Shown piece by piece: positions 19,009 to 33,200 of a stretch of 64,000 bases of DNA. Below the pieces are notes generated by a model. That model did not search any database. It was not told where the DNA came from and saw only the letters and a list, made by a program, of their open reading frames with translations. A program made the translations under genes and the position numbers. The first letter of the stretch is position 1; each line of letters begins with the position of its first letter. Source of the DNA: the human T2T-CHM13v2.0 reference genome, Homo sapiens; NCBI RefSeq assembly GCF_009914755.1, contig NC_060940.1. One strand, 5' to 3'.

Positions 19009-20025
19009 TTACATTTTGGCATGATTTTGCAGTGGCTGGTACCGGTTTTTCCTTTCCATGTTTAGTGCTTCCTTCAGGAGCTCTTTTAGGGTAGGCCTGG
19101 TGGTGACAAAATCTTTCAGCATTTGCTTGTCTGTAAAGTATTTTATTTCTCCTTCACTTATGAAGCTTAGTTTGGCTGGATATGAAATTCTGGGTTGAAA
19201 ATTCTTTTCTTTAAGAATGTTGAATATTGGCCCCCACTCTCTTCTGGCTTGTTTGGTTTCTGCCAAGAGATCCGCTGTTAGTCTGATGGGCTTCCCTTTG
19301 AGGGTAACCCAACCTTTCTCTCTGGCTGCCCTTAACATTTTTTCCTTCATTTCAACTTTGGTGAATCTGACAATTATGTGTCTTGGAGTTGCTCTTCTTG
19401 AGGAGTATCTTTGTGGCATTCTCTGTATTTCCTGAATCTGAACGTTGGCCTACCTTGCTAGATTGGGGAAGTTCTCCTGGATAATATCCTGCAGAGTGTT
19501 TTCCAACTTGGTTCCATTCTCCCCATCACTTTCAGGTACACCAATCAGACGTAGATTTGGTCTTTTCACATAGTCCCATATTTCTTGGAGGCTTTGCTCA
19601 TTTCTTTTTATTCTTTTTTCTCTAAACTTCCCATCTCGCTTCATTTCATTCATTTCATCTTCCATTGCTGATACCCTTTCTTCCAGTTGATCACATCGGC
19701 TCCTGAGGCTTCTGCATTCTTCACATAGTTCTCGAGCCTTGGTTTTCAGCTCCATCAGCTCCTTTAAGCACTTCTCTGTGTTGGTTATTCTAGTTACACA
19801 TTCTTCTAAATATTTCTCAAAGTTTTCGACTTCTTTGCCTTTGGTTTGAATGTCCTCCTGTAGCTCAGAGTAATTTGATCATCTGAAGCCTTCTTCTCTC
19901 AGCTCGTCAAAGTCATTCTCCATCAAGCTTCATTCCATTGCTGGTGAGGAACTGCGTTCCTTTGGAGGAGGAGAGGCACTCTGCGTTTTAGAGTTTCCTG
20001 TTTTTCTATTCTGTTTTTTCCCCAT
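19009..20025 (-). pseudogene. L1 ORF1 (RNA-binding/chaperone), full 1017-bp frame with nonsense mutations
   Basis: ATGGGGAAAAAACAG at 20025 to ...NHAKM-TAA at 19009 (338 codons, no net indel). Premature TGA at codon 49 (19879-19881, CGA>TGA) and TAG at codon 192 (19450-19452). Confidence 0.95.
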
Positions 20026-20933
20026 CTTTGTGGTTTCATCTACTTTTGGTCTTTGATGATGGTGATGTACAGATAGGTTTTTGGTGTGGATGACCTTTCT
20101 GTTTGTTAGTTTTCCTTCTAACAGACAGGACCCTCAGCTGCAGGTCTGTTGGAATACTCTGCCATGTGAGGTGTCAGTGTGCCCCTGCTGGGGGGTGTCT
20201 CCCAGTTAGGTTGCTCGGGGGTCAGGGGTCAGGGACCCACTTGAGGAGGCAGTCTGCCCATTCTCAGATCTCCAGCTGCATGCTGGGGGAACCACTGCTC
20301 TCTTCAAATCTGTCAGACAGGGACATTTAAGTCTGCAGAGGTTACTGCTGTCTTTTTGTTTGTCTGTGCCCTGCCCCCAGAGGTGGAGCCTACAGAGGGA
20401 GGCAGGACTCCTTGAGCTGTGGTGGGCTCCACCCATTTCGAGCTTCCAGGCTGCTTTGTTTACCTAAGCAAGGCTGGGCAATGGCGGGCGCCCCTCCCCC
20501 AGCCTCGCTGCCGCCTTGCAGTTTGATCGCAGACTGCTGTGCTAGCAATCAGTGAGACTCCATGTATGTAGGGCCCTCCGAGCCAGGTACAGCATATAAT
20601 CTCATGGTGCGCCATTTTTTAAGCCGGTCCGAAAAGCGCAATATTCAGGTTGGAGTGACCCGAATTTCCAGGTGCGTCCATCACCCCTTTCTTTGACTCG
20701 GAAAGGGAACTCCCTGACCCCTTGTGCTTCCCAAGTGAGTCAATGCCTTACCCTGCTTTGGCTCGTGCAAGGTGCGTGCACCCACTGACCTGCACCCACT
20801 GTCTGGCACTCCCTAGTGAGATGAACCTGGTACCTCAGATGGAAATGCAGAAATCACCCGTCCTCTGCGTCTCTCATGCTGGGAGCTGTAGACCGGAGCT
20901 GTTCCTATTTGGCCATCTTGGCTCCTTCCCCCC
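20026..20933 (-). promoter_or_regulatory. L1 5'UTR internal promoter (sense) with antisense promoter region; YY1 site retained
   Basis: CAAGATGGCC YY1 core at 20911-20920 (minus strand). Length of 908 bp matches the short 5'UTR lacking the 129-bp ZNF93-bound segment. Many CpGs have decayed and activity is unknown. Confidence 0.85.
20481..20555 (+). pseudogene. L1 ORF0 (antisense ORF in 5'UTR), truncated at codon 25
   Basis: ATG at 20481 reads MAGAPPPASLPPCSLIADCCASNQ, then TGA (CGA>TGA) at 20553-20555. This matches the known ORF0 N-terminus. Confidence 0.88.
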
Positions 20934-21156
20934 GAGACACACTTTTTGTAGTATCTGGAAGTGGACAGTTGGTGTGCTTTGAGGCCTACTGTGAAAAAGG
21001 AAATATCTTCACATGAAAACTAGACAGAAGCATTCTCAGAAACTAATTTATGATATGTGTACTCAACTCACAGTGTTCAACCTTTCTTTTGATACAGCAG
21101 TTTTGAAACACTCTTTTTGTGGAATCTGTAAGTGGATATTTGGATAGCTTTGAGGA

Positions 21157-24100
21157 TTTCGTTGGAAACGGGAATATCTTCACATAAAAACTAGACAGAA
21201 CCATTCTCAGAAACTTCTTTGAGATGCTTGCATTCAACTCACAGAGTTGAACATTCCTTTCCATAGAGCTGTTTTGAAACACTCTTTTTGTTGAATCTGT
21301 AAGTGGAAAATTGGAGCGCTTTGAAGCCTGTGGTGAAAAAGGATATATCTCCCCATAAAAACTAGATAGAAGAATTCTCAGAAACTTCTTTGTGATGTGT
21401 GTTCTCAACTCACAGAGTTGAGCTTTTCTTTTGATAGGGCAGTTTTGAAACACTCTTTTTGTAGAGTCTGCAAGTGGATATTTGTATAGCTTTGAGGATT
21501 TCGTTGGAAACGGGAATATCTTCACATAAAAACTAGATAGAAACATTCTCAGGAACTTCTTTATGATGTTTACTTTCAACACACAGGGTTGTATATTCCG
21601 TTTCATAGGGCAGTTTTGAAACACTCTTTTTCTACTATCCCGAAGTGGACATTTGGAGCGCATTGAGGCCTATGGTGAAAAAGGGAATATCTTCACATAA
21701 AAACTAGACAGAAGCATTCTCAGAAACTTCTTTGTGATGTGTGTACTTAACTCACAGAGTTGAACATTTCTTTTGATACAGCAGTTTTGAAACTCTCTTT
21801 TTGTAGAATCTGCAAGTTGATATTTGGATAGCTTTGAGGCTTTCGTTGGAAACGGGAATATCTTCACATAAAAACTAGACAGAAGCATTCTCAGAAACTT
21901 CTTTGTGATGCTTGCATTCAATTCACAGAGTTGAACATTCGTTTTCATAGAGCAGTTTTGAAACACTGTTTTTGAAGCAACTGTAAGTGGAAATTTTATC
22001 ACTTTGAGGTCTATGGTGAAAAAGAAATATCTTCCCATAAGAACTAGACAGAAGAATTCTCAGAAACTTCTTTGTGAAGTGTGTACTCCACTCACAGAGT
22101 TGAACTTCTCCTTTGATAGAGCAGTTTTGAAACACTCTTTTTGTAGAGTCTGCAAGTGGCTATTTGAATAGCTTTCAGGATTTCGTTGGAAACGGGAATA
22201 TCTTCACATAAAAACTAGACAGAAGCAATCTCAGGACCTTCTTTATGATGTTTGCTTTCAACTCACAGAGCTGAACATTCCCTTTCATAGGGCAGTTTTG
22301 AAACACTCTTTCTGAACTATCTGGAAGTGGACATTTGGAGCGCTTTGAGGCCTATGGTGAAAAAGTAAATATCTTCACATAAAAACTAGACAGAAGCATT
22401 CTCAGAAACTTCTTTCTGATGTGTTTACTCAACTCACAGAGTTGAACATTTCTTTTCATACAGCGGTTTCGAAACTCTCTTTTTGTAGAATCTGCAAGTT
22501 GATATTTGTATAGTTTTGAGGCTTTCATTGGAAACGGGAATATCTTCACATAAAAACTAGACAGAAGCATTCTCAGAGACTTCTTTGTGATGCTTCCATT
22601 CAACAAATAGAGTTCAACAGTCCTTTTCACAGAGCAGTTTTGAAACACTCTTTTTGAAGAATCTGTAAGTGGAAAATTTAGAGTTTTGAGGCCTATGGTG
22701 AAAAAGAAATGTCTTCCCGTAAAAATTAGACAGAAGAATTCTCAGAAACTTCTTTGTGATGTGCGTACCCACTAACAGAGTTGAACTTTTCCTTTGATGA
22801 GCAGTTTTGAAACACACTTTTTGCAGAGTCTGCTAGTGGATATTTGGATAGCTTTGAGGATTTCGTTGGAAACGGGAATATCTTCACATAAAAACTAGAC
22901 AGAAGCATTCTCAGAAACTTCTACGTGATGTTTGCCTTCAAATCACAGAGTTGAACATTCTCTATCATAGAACAGTTTTGAAACACTCTTTTTGTAGTAT
23001 CTGGAAGTGGACATTTGGAGTGCTTTGAGGCCTATGGTGAAAAAGGAAATATCTTCACATAAAAACTAGACAGAAGCATTCTCAGAAACTACTTTTTGAT
23101 GTGTGTACTCAAGTCACACTGTTGAACCTTTCTTTTGATAGAGCAGTTTTGAGACACTCTTTTTGTAGAATCTGCAAGTGGATATTTGGATAGCATTGAG
23201 GCTTTCGTTGGAAACGGGAATATCTTCACATAAAAACTAGACAGAAGCATTCTCAGAAACTTCTTTGTGATGCCTGCATTGAAATCACAGATTTGAACAT
23301 TCCTTTTAATAGAGCACCTCTGAAACTCACTTTTTGTAGAATCTGTAAGTGGAAACTTGGAGAGATTTTAGAACTATGGTGAAAAAGGAAATATCTTCCC
23401 ATAAATACTAGAGAGAAGAATTCTCACAAACTTCTTTGTCATGTGTGTTCTCATCTCACAGAGTTGAGCTTTTCTTTTGATAGAGCAGTTTTGAAACACT
23501 TTTTGTAGAGTCTGCAAGTGGATATTTGTGTAGCTTTGAGGATTTCGTTGGAAACGAGAATACCTTCACAAAAAAACCAGACAGAAGCATTCTCAGGAAC
23601 TTCTTTATGATGTTTGCTTTCACGTCAAGGAGTTGAACATTCCATTTCATAGGGCAGTTTTGAAACACTCTTTTTCTACTATCTGGATGTGGACATTTGG
23701 AGCGTTTTGAGGCTTATGGTGAAAAAGGAATTATCTTCACATAAAAACTAGACAGAAGCATTCTCAGGAACTTCATTGTGATGTGTGTACTCAACTCTCA
23801 GGGTTGAACATTTCTTTTGATACAGCGGTTTTGAAACTCTCTTTTTGTAGAATCTGCAAGTTGATATTTGGATGACTTTGAGGCTTTCGTTGGAAACGGG
23901 AATATCTTCACATAAAAACTAGACAGAAGCATTCTCTGAAACTTCTTTGTGATGTTTTGATTCAATTCACAGAGTTGAACATGCCCTTATATAGAGCAGT
24001 TCTAAAACACTCTTTTTGTAGTATCTGGAAGGGGACAATTAGTGCGATTTTGGGCCTACGGTGAAAAACGAAATATCTTCACGTAATAACTAGGCAGAAG

Positions 24101-24242
24101 CATTCTCAGAAACTTCTTTGTGATGTGTGTACTCAACTGACGGAGTTGAACCTTTCATTGATGCAGTAGTTTTGGAACACTCTTTTTGTAGTATCTGCAA
24201 GTGGATATTTTGTTAGCTTTGAGACTTTCGTTGGAAACGGGA
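21157..24242 (+). promoter_or_regulatory. Cluster of intact CENP-B boxes at ~341-bp spacing (examples; many more through 64000)
   Basis: TTTCGTTGGAAACGGGA at 21157, 21499, 21841, 22181, 22861, 23203, 23885 and 24226; degenerate copies occupy the intervening dimer positions. Confidence 0.92.
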
Positions 24243-27200
24243 ATATCTTACATAAAAACTAGACAGAAGCATTCTCAGAAACTTCTTTGTGATGCTTGCA
24301 TTCACCTCTCAGATTTCAACATTCCTTTTAGTAGAGCAGCTTTGAAACACTCTTTTATAGAATCTGTAAGTGGAAACTTGGAGAGCTTTGAGACCTATGG
24401 TGAAAAAGGAAATATCTTCCCATAAAAACTAGACAGAAGCATTCTCAGAAACTACTTTGTGATGTGTGTACTCAACTCACAGAGTTGAACATTTCTCTTG
24501 ATACAGCAGTTTTGAAACATTATTTTTGTAGAATTTTCAACTGGATATTTGGATAGCCTTGAGGCTTTCATTAGAAATGGGAATATCTTCACATAAAAGC
24601 TAGATGGAAGCATTCTCAGAAACTTCTTTGGGATGCTTGCATTCAACTCACAGATTTGAACATTTCTTTTAATAGAGCAGCTTTGAAACACTCTTTTTTA
24701 GAATCTGTAAATGGAAACTTGGAGAGCTTTGAGACCTATGGTGAAAAAGGAAATATCTTCCCATAAAAACTGGACAGAAGCATTCTCAGAAACTTCTTTG
24801 TGAAGTGTGTTCTCAACTCACAGAATTGAGCTTTTCTTTTGATAGAGCAGTTTTGAAACACTCTTTTTGTAGAGTCTGCAGGTGGATATTTGGATAGCTT
24901 TGAGGATTTCTTTGGAAACAGGAATATCTTCACATAAAAACTAGGCAGAAGCATTCTCAGGAACTTCTTTATGTTGTTTGCTTTCAACTCACATAGTTGA
25001 ACATGCCCTTTCATAGAGCAGTTCTGAAACACTCTTTTTGTAGTATCTGGAAGGGGACAATTGTTGCGCTTTCGGGCCTATGCTGAAAAAGGAAATATCT
25101 TCACATAAAAACTAGGCAGAAGCATTCTCAGAAACTTCTTTGTGATGCTTGCATTCAACTCACAGAGATGAACATTCCTTTTAATAGAGCAGCTTTGAAA
25201 CACTCTTTTTATAGTATCTGTAAGTGGAAACTTGGAGAATTTTGAGACCTATGGTGAAAAAGGAAATATCTTCCCATAAATCCAGACAGAAGAATTCTCA
25301 GAAACTTCTTTGTGATTTGTGTACTCAACTCACAGAGTTGATCCTTTCTTTTGTTACAGCAGTTTTGAAACTCTTTTGTGGAATCTGCTGGTGGATATTT
25401 TGAGAGCTTTGAGGTTAAGTTGGAAACGGGAATATCTTCACAAAAATACTAGACAGAAGCATTCTCAGAAACTTCTTTTTGGTTCTTGCATTCAACTCAC
25501 AGCTTTGAAGACTCCTTTCCATGGAGCAGTTTTGAAACACTCTTTTTGTAGAATCTCTAATAGGAAAATTGGAGAGCTTTGAGGCCTATGGTGAAAAAAT
25601 AAATATCTTACCATACAAACTTGACAGAAGAATTCTCAGAATCTTCTTTGAGATGTGTATACTCAACTCACAGAGTTGAACTTTTTTTTTAACAGAGCAG
25701 TTTTAAAACACTCTTTTTGTAGAGTCAGCAACTGGATATTTGGATAGTTTGAGGATTTCATTGGAAATGGCAATATCTTCACATAAATACTACACAGAAA
25801 CATTCTCAGAAACCTCTTTGTGATGTTTGCATTCAACTCACACAGTTGAACATTCCCTTTCATAGAGCAGTTTTGAAAAACTCCTTTTATAGTATATGGA
25901 AGAGAACATTTGGAGCCCTTTGGCGCCTATGGTGTAAAAGGAAATATCGTCACATAAAAAGTAGACAGAAGCATTCTCAGAAGCTTCTTTGAGATGTGTG
26001 TACTCAACTCACAGAGTTGATCCTTTCTTTTGACACAGCAGTTTTGAAATACTCTTTTTGTAGAGTCTGCAATGGGATATTTGGATAGATTTGAGGATTT
26101 CGTTGGAAACAGGAATATCCTCACATAAAAACTAGACAGAAGCATACTCAGAATCCTCTTTATGATGTTTTCATTGAACTCACAGATTTGAACATTCCCT
26201 TTCATAGAGCAGTTTTGAAACAGTCTTTTTGTATTATCTGGAAGTTGACACTTGGAACCCTTTGAGACCTATGGAGAAAAAGGAAATATCTTCACATAAA
26301 AACTAGACAGAAGCATTCCCAGAAACTTCTTTGTGATGTGTGTCCTCAACTCAAAGAGTTGATCCTTTCTTTTGATACAGCAATTTTGAAACACTCTTGT
26401 AAAATCCGCAAGTGAATATTTGGATAGCCTTGAGGCTTATGTAGGAAACGGTAATATCCTCACATAAAAACTAGACAGAAGCATTCTCAGAAACTTCTTT
26501 GTGATGTTTTCATTCAGCTCACAGAGTTGAATATTCCTTTTCATAGAGCAGTTTTGAAAATCTCTTTTTGTAAGATCTGCAAGTGTACACTTGGAGCGAT
26601 TTGAGATCTATGGTGAAAATGGAAATATCTTCATAAAAAAGTAGACAGAAGCACTCTCAGAAACTACTTTGGGATATGTGTACTCAACTCACAGAGTTAA
26701 ACCTTTCCTTTGATGCAGCAGTTTTGAAACACTCTTCTTGTAGAATTTACAAGTGGATATTATGTCAGCATTGAGGATTTCGTTGGAAACGGGAATATCT
26801 TCACATAAAATAATACAGAAGCATTCTCAGAAACATCTTTGTGATGTGTACATTCAACTCAGAGAGTTGAAACTCTCTTTTGATAGAGCAGATTGGAAAC
26901 CTTCTATTTGTAGAATTTGCAAGTGGGTATTCGACAGCTTTGAGGCTTTCGCTGGAAACGCGCATATATTCACAAAAAAAACTACAGAGAAGCATTCTCA
27001 GAAACTTCTTTGTGATGCTAGCATTCAACTCACAGAGTAGAACATTCCTATTCAGAGAGCAGTTTTGAAACACTCTTTTTGAAAAATCTGTAAGTGGAAA
27101 CTTGGAGCGCTTTGAGGCCTTTGGTGAAAAAGGAAATATCTTCCCATAAAAACTAGAGAGAAGAATTCTCAGAAACTTCTTAGTGATGTGTGTTCTCAAC

Positions 27201-30200
27201 TCATAGAGTTGACGTTTTCTTTTGATAGAGCAGTTTTAAAACACGCCTTTTGTAGAGCCTGCAAGTGGAAATTTGGATAGCTTTGGGGACTTCGTTGGAA
27301 ATGGCAATAATTTCCCATAAAAACTAGACTGAAGCATTATCAGGAACTTCTTTATGATGTCTGCTTTCACCTCATGGAGGTGAACATTCCCTTTCTTGGA
27401 CAGTTTTGAAACACTCTTTTTGTAGTATCTGGAAGTGGACATTTGCAGCGCTTTGAGGCCTATGGTGAAAAAGGAAATATCTTCACATAAAAACTAGACA
27501 GAAGCATTCTCATTAACTTCTTTGTGATGCATGTATTCAACTCACAGATTTGAACACTCCTTTTAATAGAGCAGTTTTGAAACACTCTTTTTGTAGAATC
27601 TGTAAGTGGAAACTTGGAGTGCTTTGAGGCCTATGGTGAAAAAGGATATACCTTCCCATAAAAACTAGACAGAAGAATTCTCAGATACTTCTTTGTGATG
27701 CTTGCATTCAACTCACAGAGTTGAACGTTACCTTTCTTAGAGCAGGTTTGAAACACTCTCTTTGTAGTATCTGGAAGTGAACATTTGGAGCGTTTTGAGG
27801 CCTATGGTGAAAAAGGAAATCTCTTCACATAAAAACTAGACAGAAGCATTCTCAGAAACACCTTTGTGATGAGTGTACTCAACTCACAGATTTGAACCTT
27901 TGTTTTGATACAGCAGTTTTGAAACACTCTTTTTGTAGAATCTGCAAGTGGATATTTGGAGAGCTTTGACGCTTTTGTTGGAAATGGGAATATCTTCACA
28001 TAAAAACTAGACAGAAGCATTCTCAGAAACTTCTTTGTGATGTTTTCATTCAACACACAGAGTTGCACATTCCTATTCATACAGCAGTTTTGAAAAACTC
28101 TTTTTATAGAATCTGCAAGTGGACATTTGGAGAGATTTGAGACCTATGGTGAAAAAGGAAATATCTTCAAATAAAAAGTAGACAGAAGCATTCTCAGAAA
28201 CTACTTTGTGATGTGTGTACTCAACTCACAGAGTTAAACCTTTCTTTTGATACAGCAGTTTTGAAACACTCTTCTTGTATAATTTAGAAGCGGATAGTTG
28301 GACAGCATTGAGTATTTCGTAAGAAACGGGAATAACTTCACATAAAACTATACAGAAGCATTCTGAGAAACTTCCTGGAGATGTCTGCATTCAACTCACA
28401 AAGCTGAAACTTTCTTTCAACAGAGCAGACTGGAAAACCTCTGAAGAATTTGGAAGTGGATATTTGGACAGCTTTGAGGCCTTCGCTGGAAACGGGTATA
28501 TATTCACTAAAAAACTAGATAGAACCATTCTCAGAAACTACTTTGTGATGCTTGCATTCAACTCACAGAGTGGAACATTCCTTTTCATAGAGCAGTTTTG
28601 AAACACTCTTTTTGTAGAATCTGTAAGTGGAAACTTGGAGCACTTTGAGGCCTATGGTGAAAAAGGAAATAACTTCCCATAAAAACTAGACAGAAGAATT
28701 CTCAGAAACTTCTTTGTGATGCTTGCATTCAAGTCACAGAGTTGAACATTCTCTTTCTTAGAGCAGGTTTGAAACACTCTCTTTGTAGTATCTGGAAGTG
28801 AACATTTGGAGCGTTTTGAGGCCTATGGTGAAAAAGGAAATATCTTCACATAAACATTAGACAGAAACATTCTCAGAAACACCTTTGTGATGTGTGTACT
28901 CAACTCACAGATTTGAACCTTTGTTTTGATACAGCAGTTTTGAAATACTTTTTTTGTAGAATCTGCAAGTGGATATTTGGATAGCTTTGACTCTTTCATT
29001 GGAAACAGGAATATCTTCACATAAAAACTAGACAGAAGCATTCTCAGAATCTTCGTTGTGATGCTTGCACTCAGCTCACAGAGTTGAACATTCCATTTCA
29101 TAGAGCAGTTTTGAAAATCTCTTTTTGAAGTATCTGTAAGTGGAAACCTGGGGCGCTTTGAGGCCAATGGTGAAAAAGGAAATATCTTCCCATAAAAACT
29201 AGATAGTAGAATTCTCAGAAATTTCTCTGTGATATGTGTACTTCACTCACAGAGTTGAACTTTTCCTTTGATGCAGTAGGTTTGAAACACTCTTTTTGTA
29301 GAGTCTGCAAGTGGATATTTGGATAGCTTTGAGGAATTCATTGGAAACGGGAATATCTTCACATAATAACGAGACAGAAGCATCCTCTGAAACTTCTTCT
29401 TTATGTTTGCATTCAACTCACAGAGTTGAACATTCCCTATCATAGAGCAGTTTTGACACACTCTTTTTGTAGTATCTGGAAGTGGACCTTTGCAGCACTT
29501 TGAGACCAATGGTGAAAAAGGAAATATCTTCACATAAAAACTAGACAGAAGAATTCTCAGAAACTACTTTGTGCTGTGTGTACTCAACTCACAGAGTTGA
29601 ACATTTCTTTTGATACAGCAGTTTTGAAACATTCTTTTTGTAGAATCTGTAAATGGATATTTGGATATCTTCGAGCCTTTCGTTGGAAATCGTGTTATCT
29701 TCACATAAAATCTAGACAGAAGTATTCTCAGAAATTTCTTTGTGATGCTTGCATTCAACTCACATATTTGAATATTCCTTTTAAGAGCAGTTTTGAAACA
29801 CTCTTTTTGTAGAATCTGTAAGGGGAAACTTGGAGCGCTTTGAGACCTATGGTGAAAAAGGAAATATCTTCCCATAAAAAGTAGACAGAGAAATTCCCAG
29901 AAACTTCTTTCTGATGTGTGTACTACACTCACAGAGTTGAACTTTTCCTTTGATAGAGCAGTTTTGAAACATTCTTTTTGTATTATCTGGAAGTGGACAT
30001 TTGGAGCGCTTTGAGGCCTATGGTGAAAAAGGAAATATCTTCACATAAAAACTAGACAGAAGCATTCTCAGAAACTTGTGATGTGTGTTCTCAACTCACA
30101 GATTTGAACCTTTGTTTTGATACAGCAGTTTTGAAACACTCTTTTTGTAGAATCTGAAAGTGGATATTTCGATAGCTTTGAGGCTTTCGTTGGAAACGGG

Positions 30201-33200
30201 AATATCTTCACATAAAAACTAGACAGAATCATTCTCAGAAACTTCTTTGTGAAGTTTTCATTCAACACACAGAGTTGAAAATTCCTACTCATAGAGCAGT
30301 TTTGAAACACTCTTTTTGTAAAATCTGCAAGTGGACACTTTGAGCGATTGGAGACCTATGGTGAAAAAGAAAATATCTTCACATAAAAATTAGTCAGAAG
30401 AATTCTCAGAAACTACTTTGTGATGTGTGTACTCAACGTAAAGATTTAAACCTTTCCGTTGATACAGCAGTTTTGAAACACTCTTTTTGTAGAATCTATA
30501 AGTGGAAAATTGGAGCCGTTTGAGGCCTATGGTGAAAAAGGAAATATGTTCCCATAAAAACTAGACAGAAGAATTCTCAGAAACTTCTTTGTGATGTGTG
30601 TACTCTACTCAGAGAGTTGAAATTTTCTTTTGATAGAGCAGATTTGAAACACTGTTTTTGTAGAGTCTGCTAGTGGATATTTGGATAGCTTTAAGGATTT
30701 CTTTGGAAAGGAGAATATCTTCACATAAAAACTAGACAGATGCATTCTCAGAAACTTCTTTGAGATGCTTGCATTCAACTGACAGAGTAGAATATTCCTT
30801 TTCATAGAACAGTTTTGAAACACTCTTTTTGTAGAATCTGTAAGTGGAAACTTGGAGCGCTATGAGGCCTTTTGTGAAAAAGGAAATATCTTCCCATAAA
30901 AACAAGACAGAAGAATTCACAGAAAGTTTTTGTGATTTGTGTACTCAACTTACAGATTTGAACATTTCTTTTGATAGAGCAGTTTTGAAACACTCTTTAT
31001 GTAGAATCTGCAAGTTGATATTTGGATAGCTTTGAGGCTTTCGTTGGGAACGGGAATATCTTCACATTAAAACTAGACAGAAGCATTCTCAGAAATTTCT
31101 TTGTAATGCTTGCATTCAATTCACGGAGATGGACATTCCTTTTCATAGACCAGCTTTGAAACACTCTATTTGGAGATTCTGTAAGTGGAAAATTTTAGCC
31201 CTTTGAGGCCTATGGTGAAAAAGGAAACATGTTCCCATAAAAACCAGACAGAAGAATTCTCAGAAAATTCTCTGTGATGTGTGTACTCAACTCACTGAGT
31301 TGAATATTTCTTTTGATAGAGCAGTTTAGAAAGAATCTTTTTCTTGAGTCTGCAAGTGGATATTTGGATAGCTTTGAGGATTTCTTTGGAAACGGGAATA
31401 TCTTCACATAAACACTAGATAGAAACATTCTCAAAAACTTCTTTGTGATGTTTGCATTCAACTCACAGAGTTGAATATTCCCTGTCATAGAACAGTTTTG
31501 AAACACTCTTTTTGTAGTATTTGGAAGAGGACGTTTGGAGCGCTTTGAGGCCTATGATGAAAAAGGAAATATCTTCACGTAAAAACTAGACAGAAGCATT
31601 CTCAGAAACTACTTTTTGATGGGTGTATTCAATCCACAGAGTTGAACCTTTATTTTCATACAGCAGTTTTGAAACACTCTTTTTGTAGAATCTGCAAGAG
31701 GATATTTAGATAGCTTTGTGGCTTCCGTTGGAAACGGGAATATCTTCACATAAAAATTAGAGAGAAGAATTCTCGGAAACTTCTTTGCGATGCTTGCATT
31801 CAACTCACAGATTTGAACATTCCTTTTAATAGAACAGTTTTGAAACACTCTTTTTGTAGACTGTAAGTGGAAACTTGGAGAGCTTTGAGGCATGTGGTGA
31901 AAAAGGAAATATCTTCACATAAAACTAGACAGAAGAATTCTCAGAAACTTCTTTGTGATGTCTGTACTCAACTCAGAGTTGAACTTTTCTTTTGATAGGG
32001 CAGTTTTGAAACATTATTTTTGTAGAGTCTGCAAGTGGATATTTGGATAGATTTGAGGATTTCGTTGGAAAAGGGAATATCTTCACGTAAAATCTAGACA
32101 GAAGCATTCTCAGAAACTTCTTTGTGTTGTTTGCATTCAACTCACAGTGTTGAACATTCCTTTTCATGGAGCAGTTTTGAAACACACTTTTGGTAGAATC
32201 TGAACGAGGACATTTGGAGCGATTTGAGACCTATGGTGAAAAAGGAAATATCTTCACATAAAAAGTAGAGAGAAGCATTCTCTGACACTATTGTGTGATG
32301 TGTGTACTCAACTAACTGAGTATAACCCTTCCTTTGATGCAGCAGTTTGAAACACTCTTCCTGTAGAATTTACAAGTGGATATTAGGACAGCATTGTGGA
32401 TTTCTTTGGAAACGGGAATATCTTCACATAAAACTAGACAGAAGCATTCTCAGTAACTTCTTTGTGATGTGTGCATTCAACTCACGGAGTTGAAACTTTC
32501 TTTTGATAGGGCAGATTGGAAACCTCTTTTTCTAGAATTTTCAAGTGGATATTTGAAAGCTTTGAGGTCTTCGCTGGAAACGGGTACATATTCACAAAAA
32601 AAAATAGACAGAAGCATTCTCAGAAACTTCTTTGTGATGCTTGCATTCAACTCACAGAGTAGAACATTCTATTTCAAAGAGCAGTTTTGAAACACTCTTT
32701 TTCTAGGATCTGTAAGTGGAAACTTGGTGTGCTTGAGGCCTTTGGTGAAAAAGGAAATATCTTCCCATAAAAACAAGACAGAAGAATTCTCAGAAACTTC
32801 TTTGTGATGTTTGCGTTGAACTCACATATTTGAACATTTCTTTTGATATGGCAGTGTTGAAACACTCTTTTTGTAGTATCTGCAAGCAGATATTTGGATA
32901 GCTTTGAGGCTTTCGTTGGAAGGGGGAATATCTTCCATAAAAACCAGAGAGAAGCGTTCTCAGAAACTTCTTTGTGATGCTTGCATTCCACTCACAGAGT
33001 TGAACATTCCTTTTCATAGAGCAGTTTTGAAATACTCTTTTTGTAGCATCTGTAAGTGGAAACTTGGAGCAGTTTGAGGCCTACAGTGAAAAACGAAATA
33101 TCCTCCCATATAAATTACACCGAAGCATTATCAGGAACTTCTTTGCGATGCTTGCAATCAACTCACAGATTTGATCATTCCCTTTAATAGAGCAGTTTTG

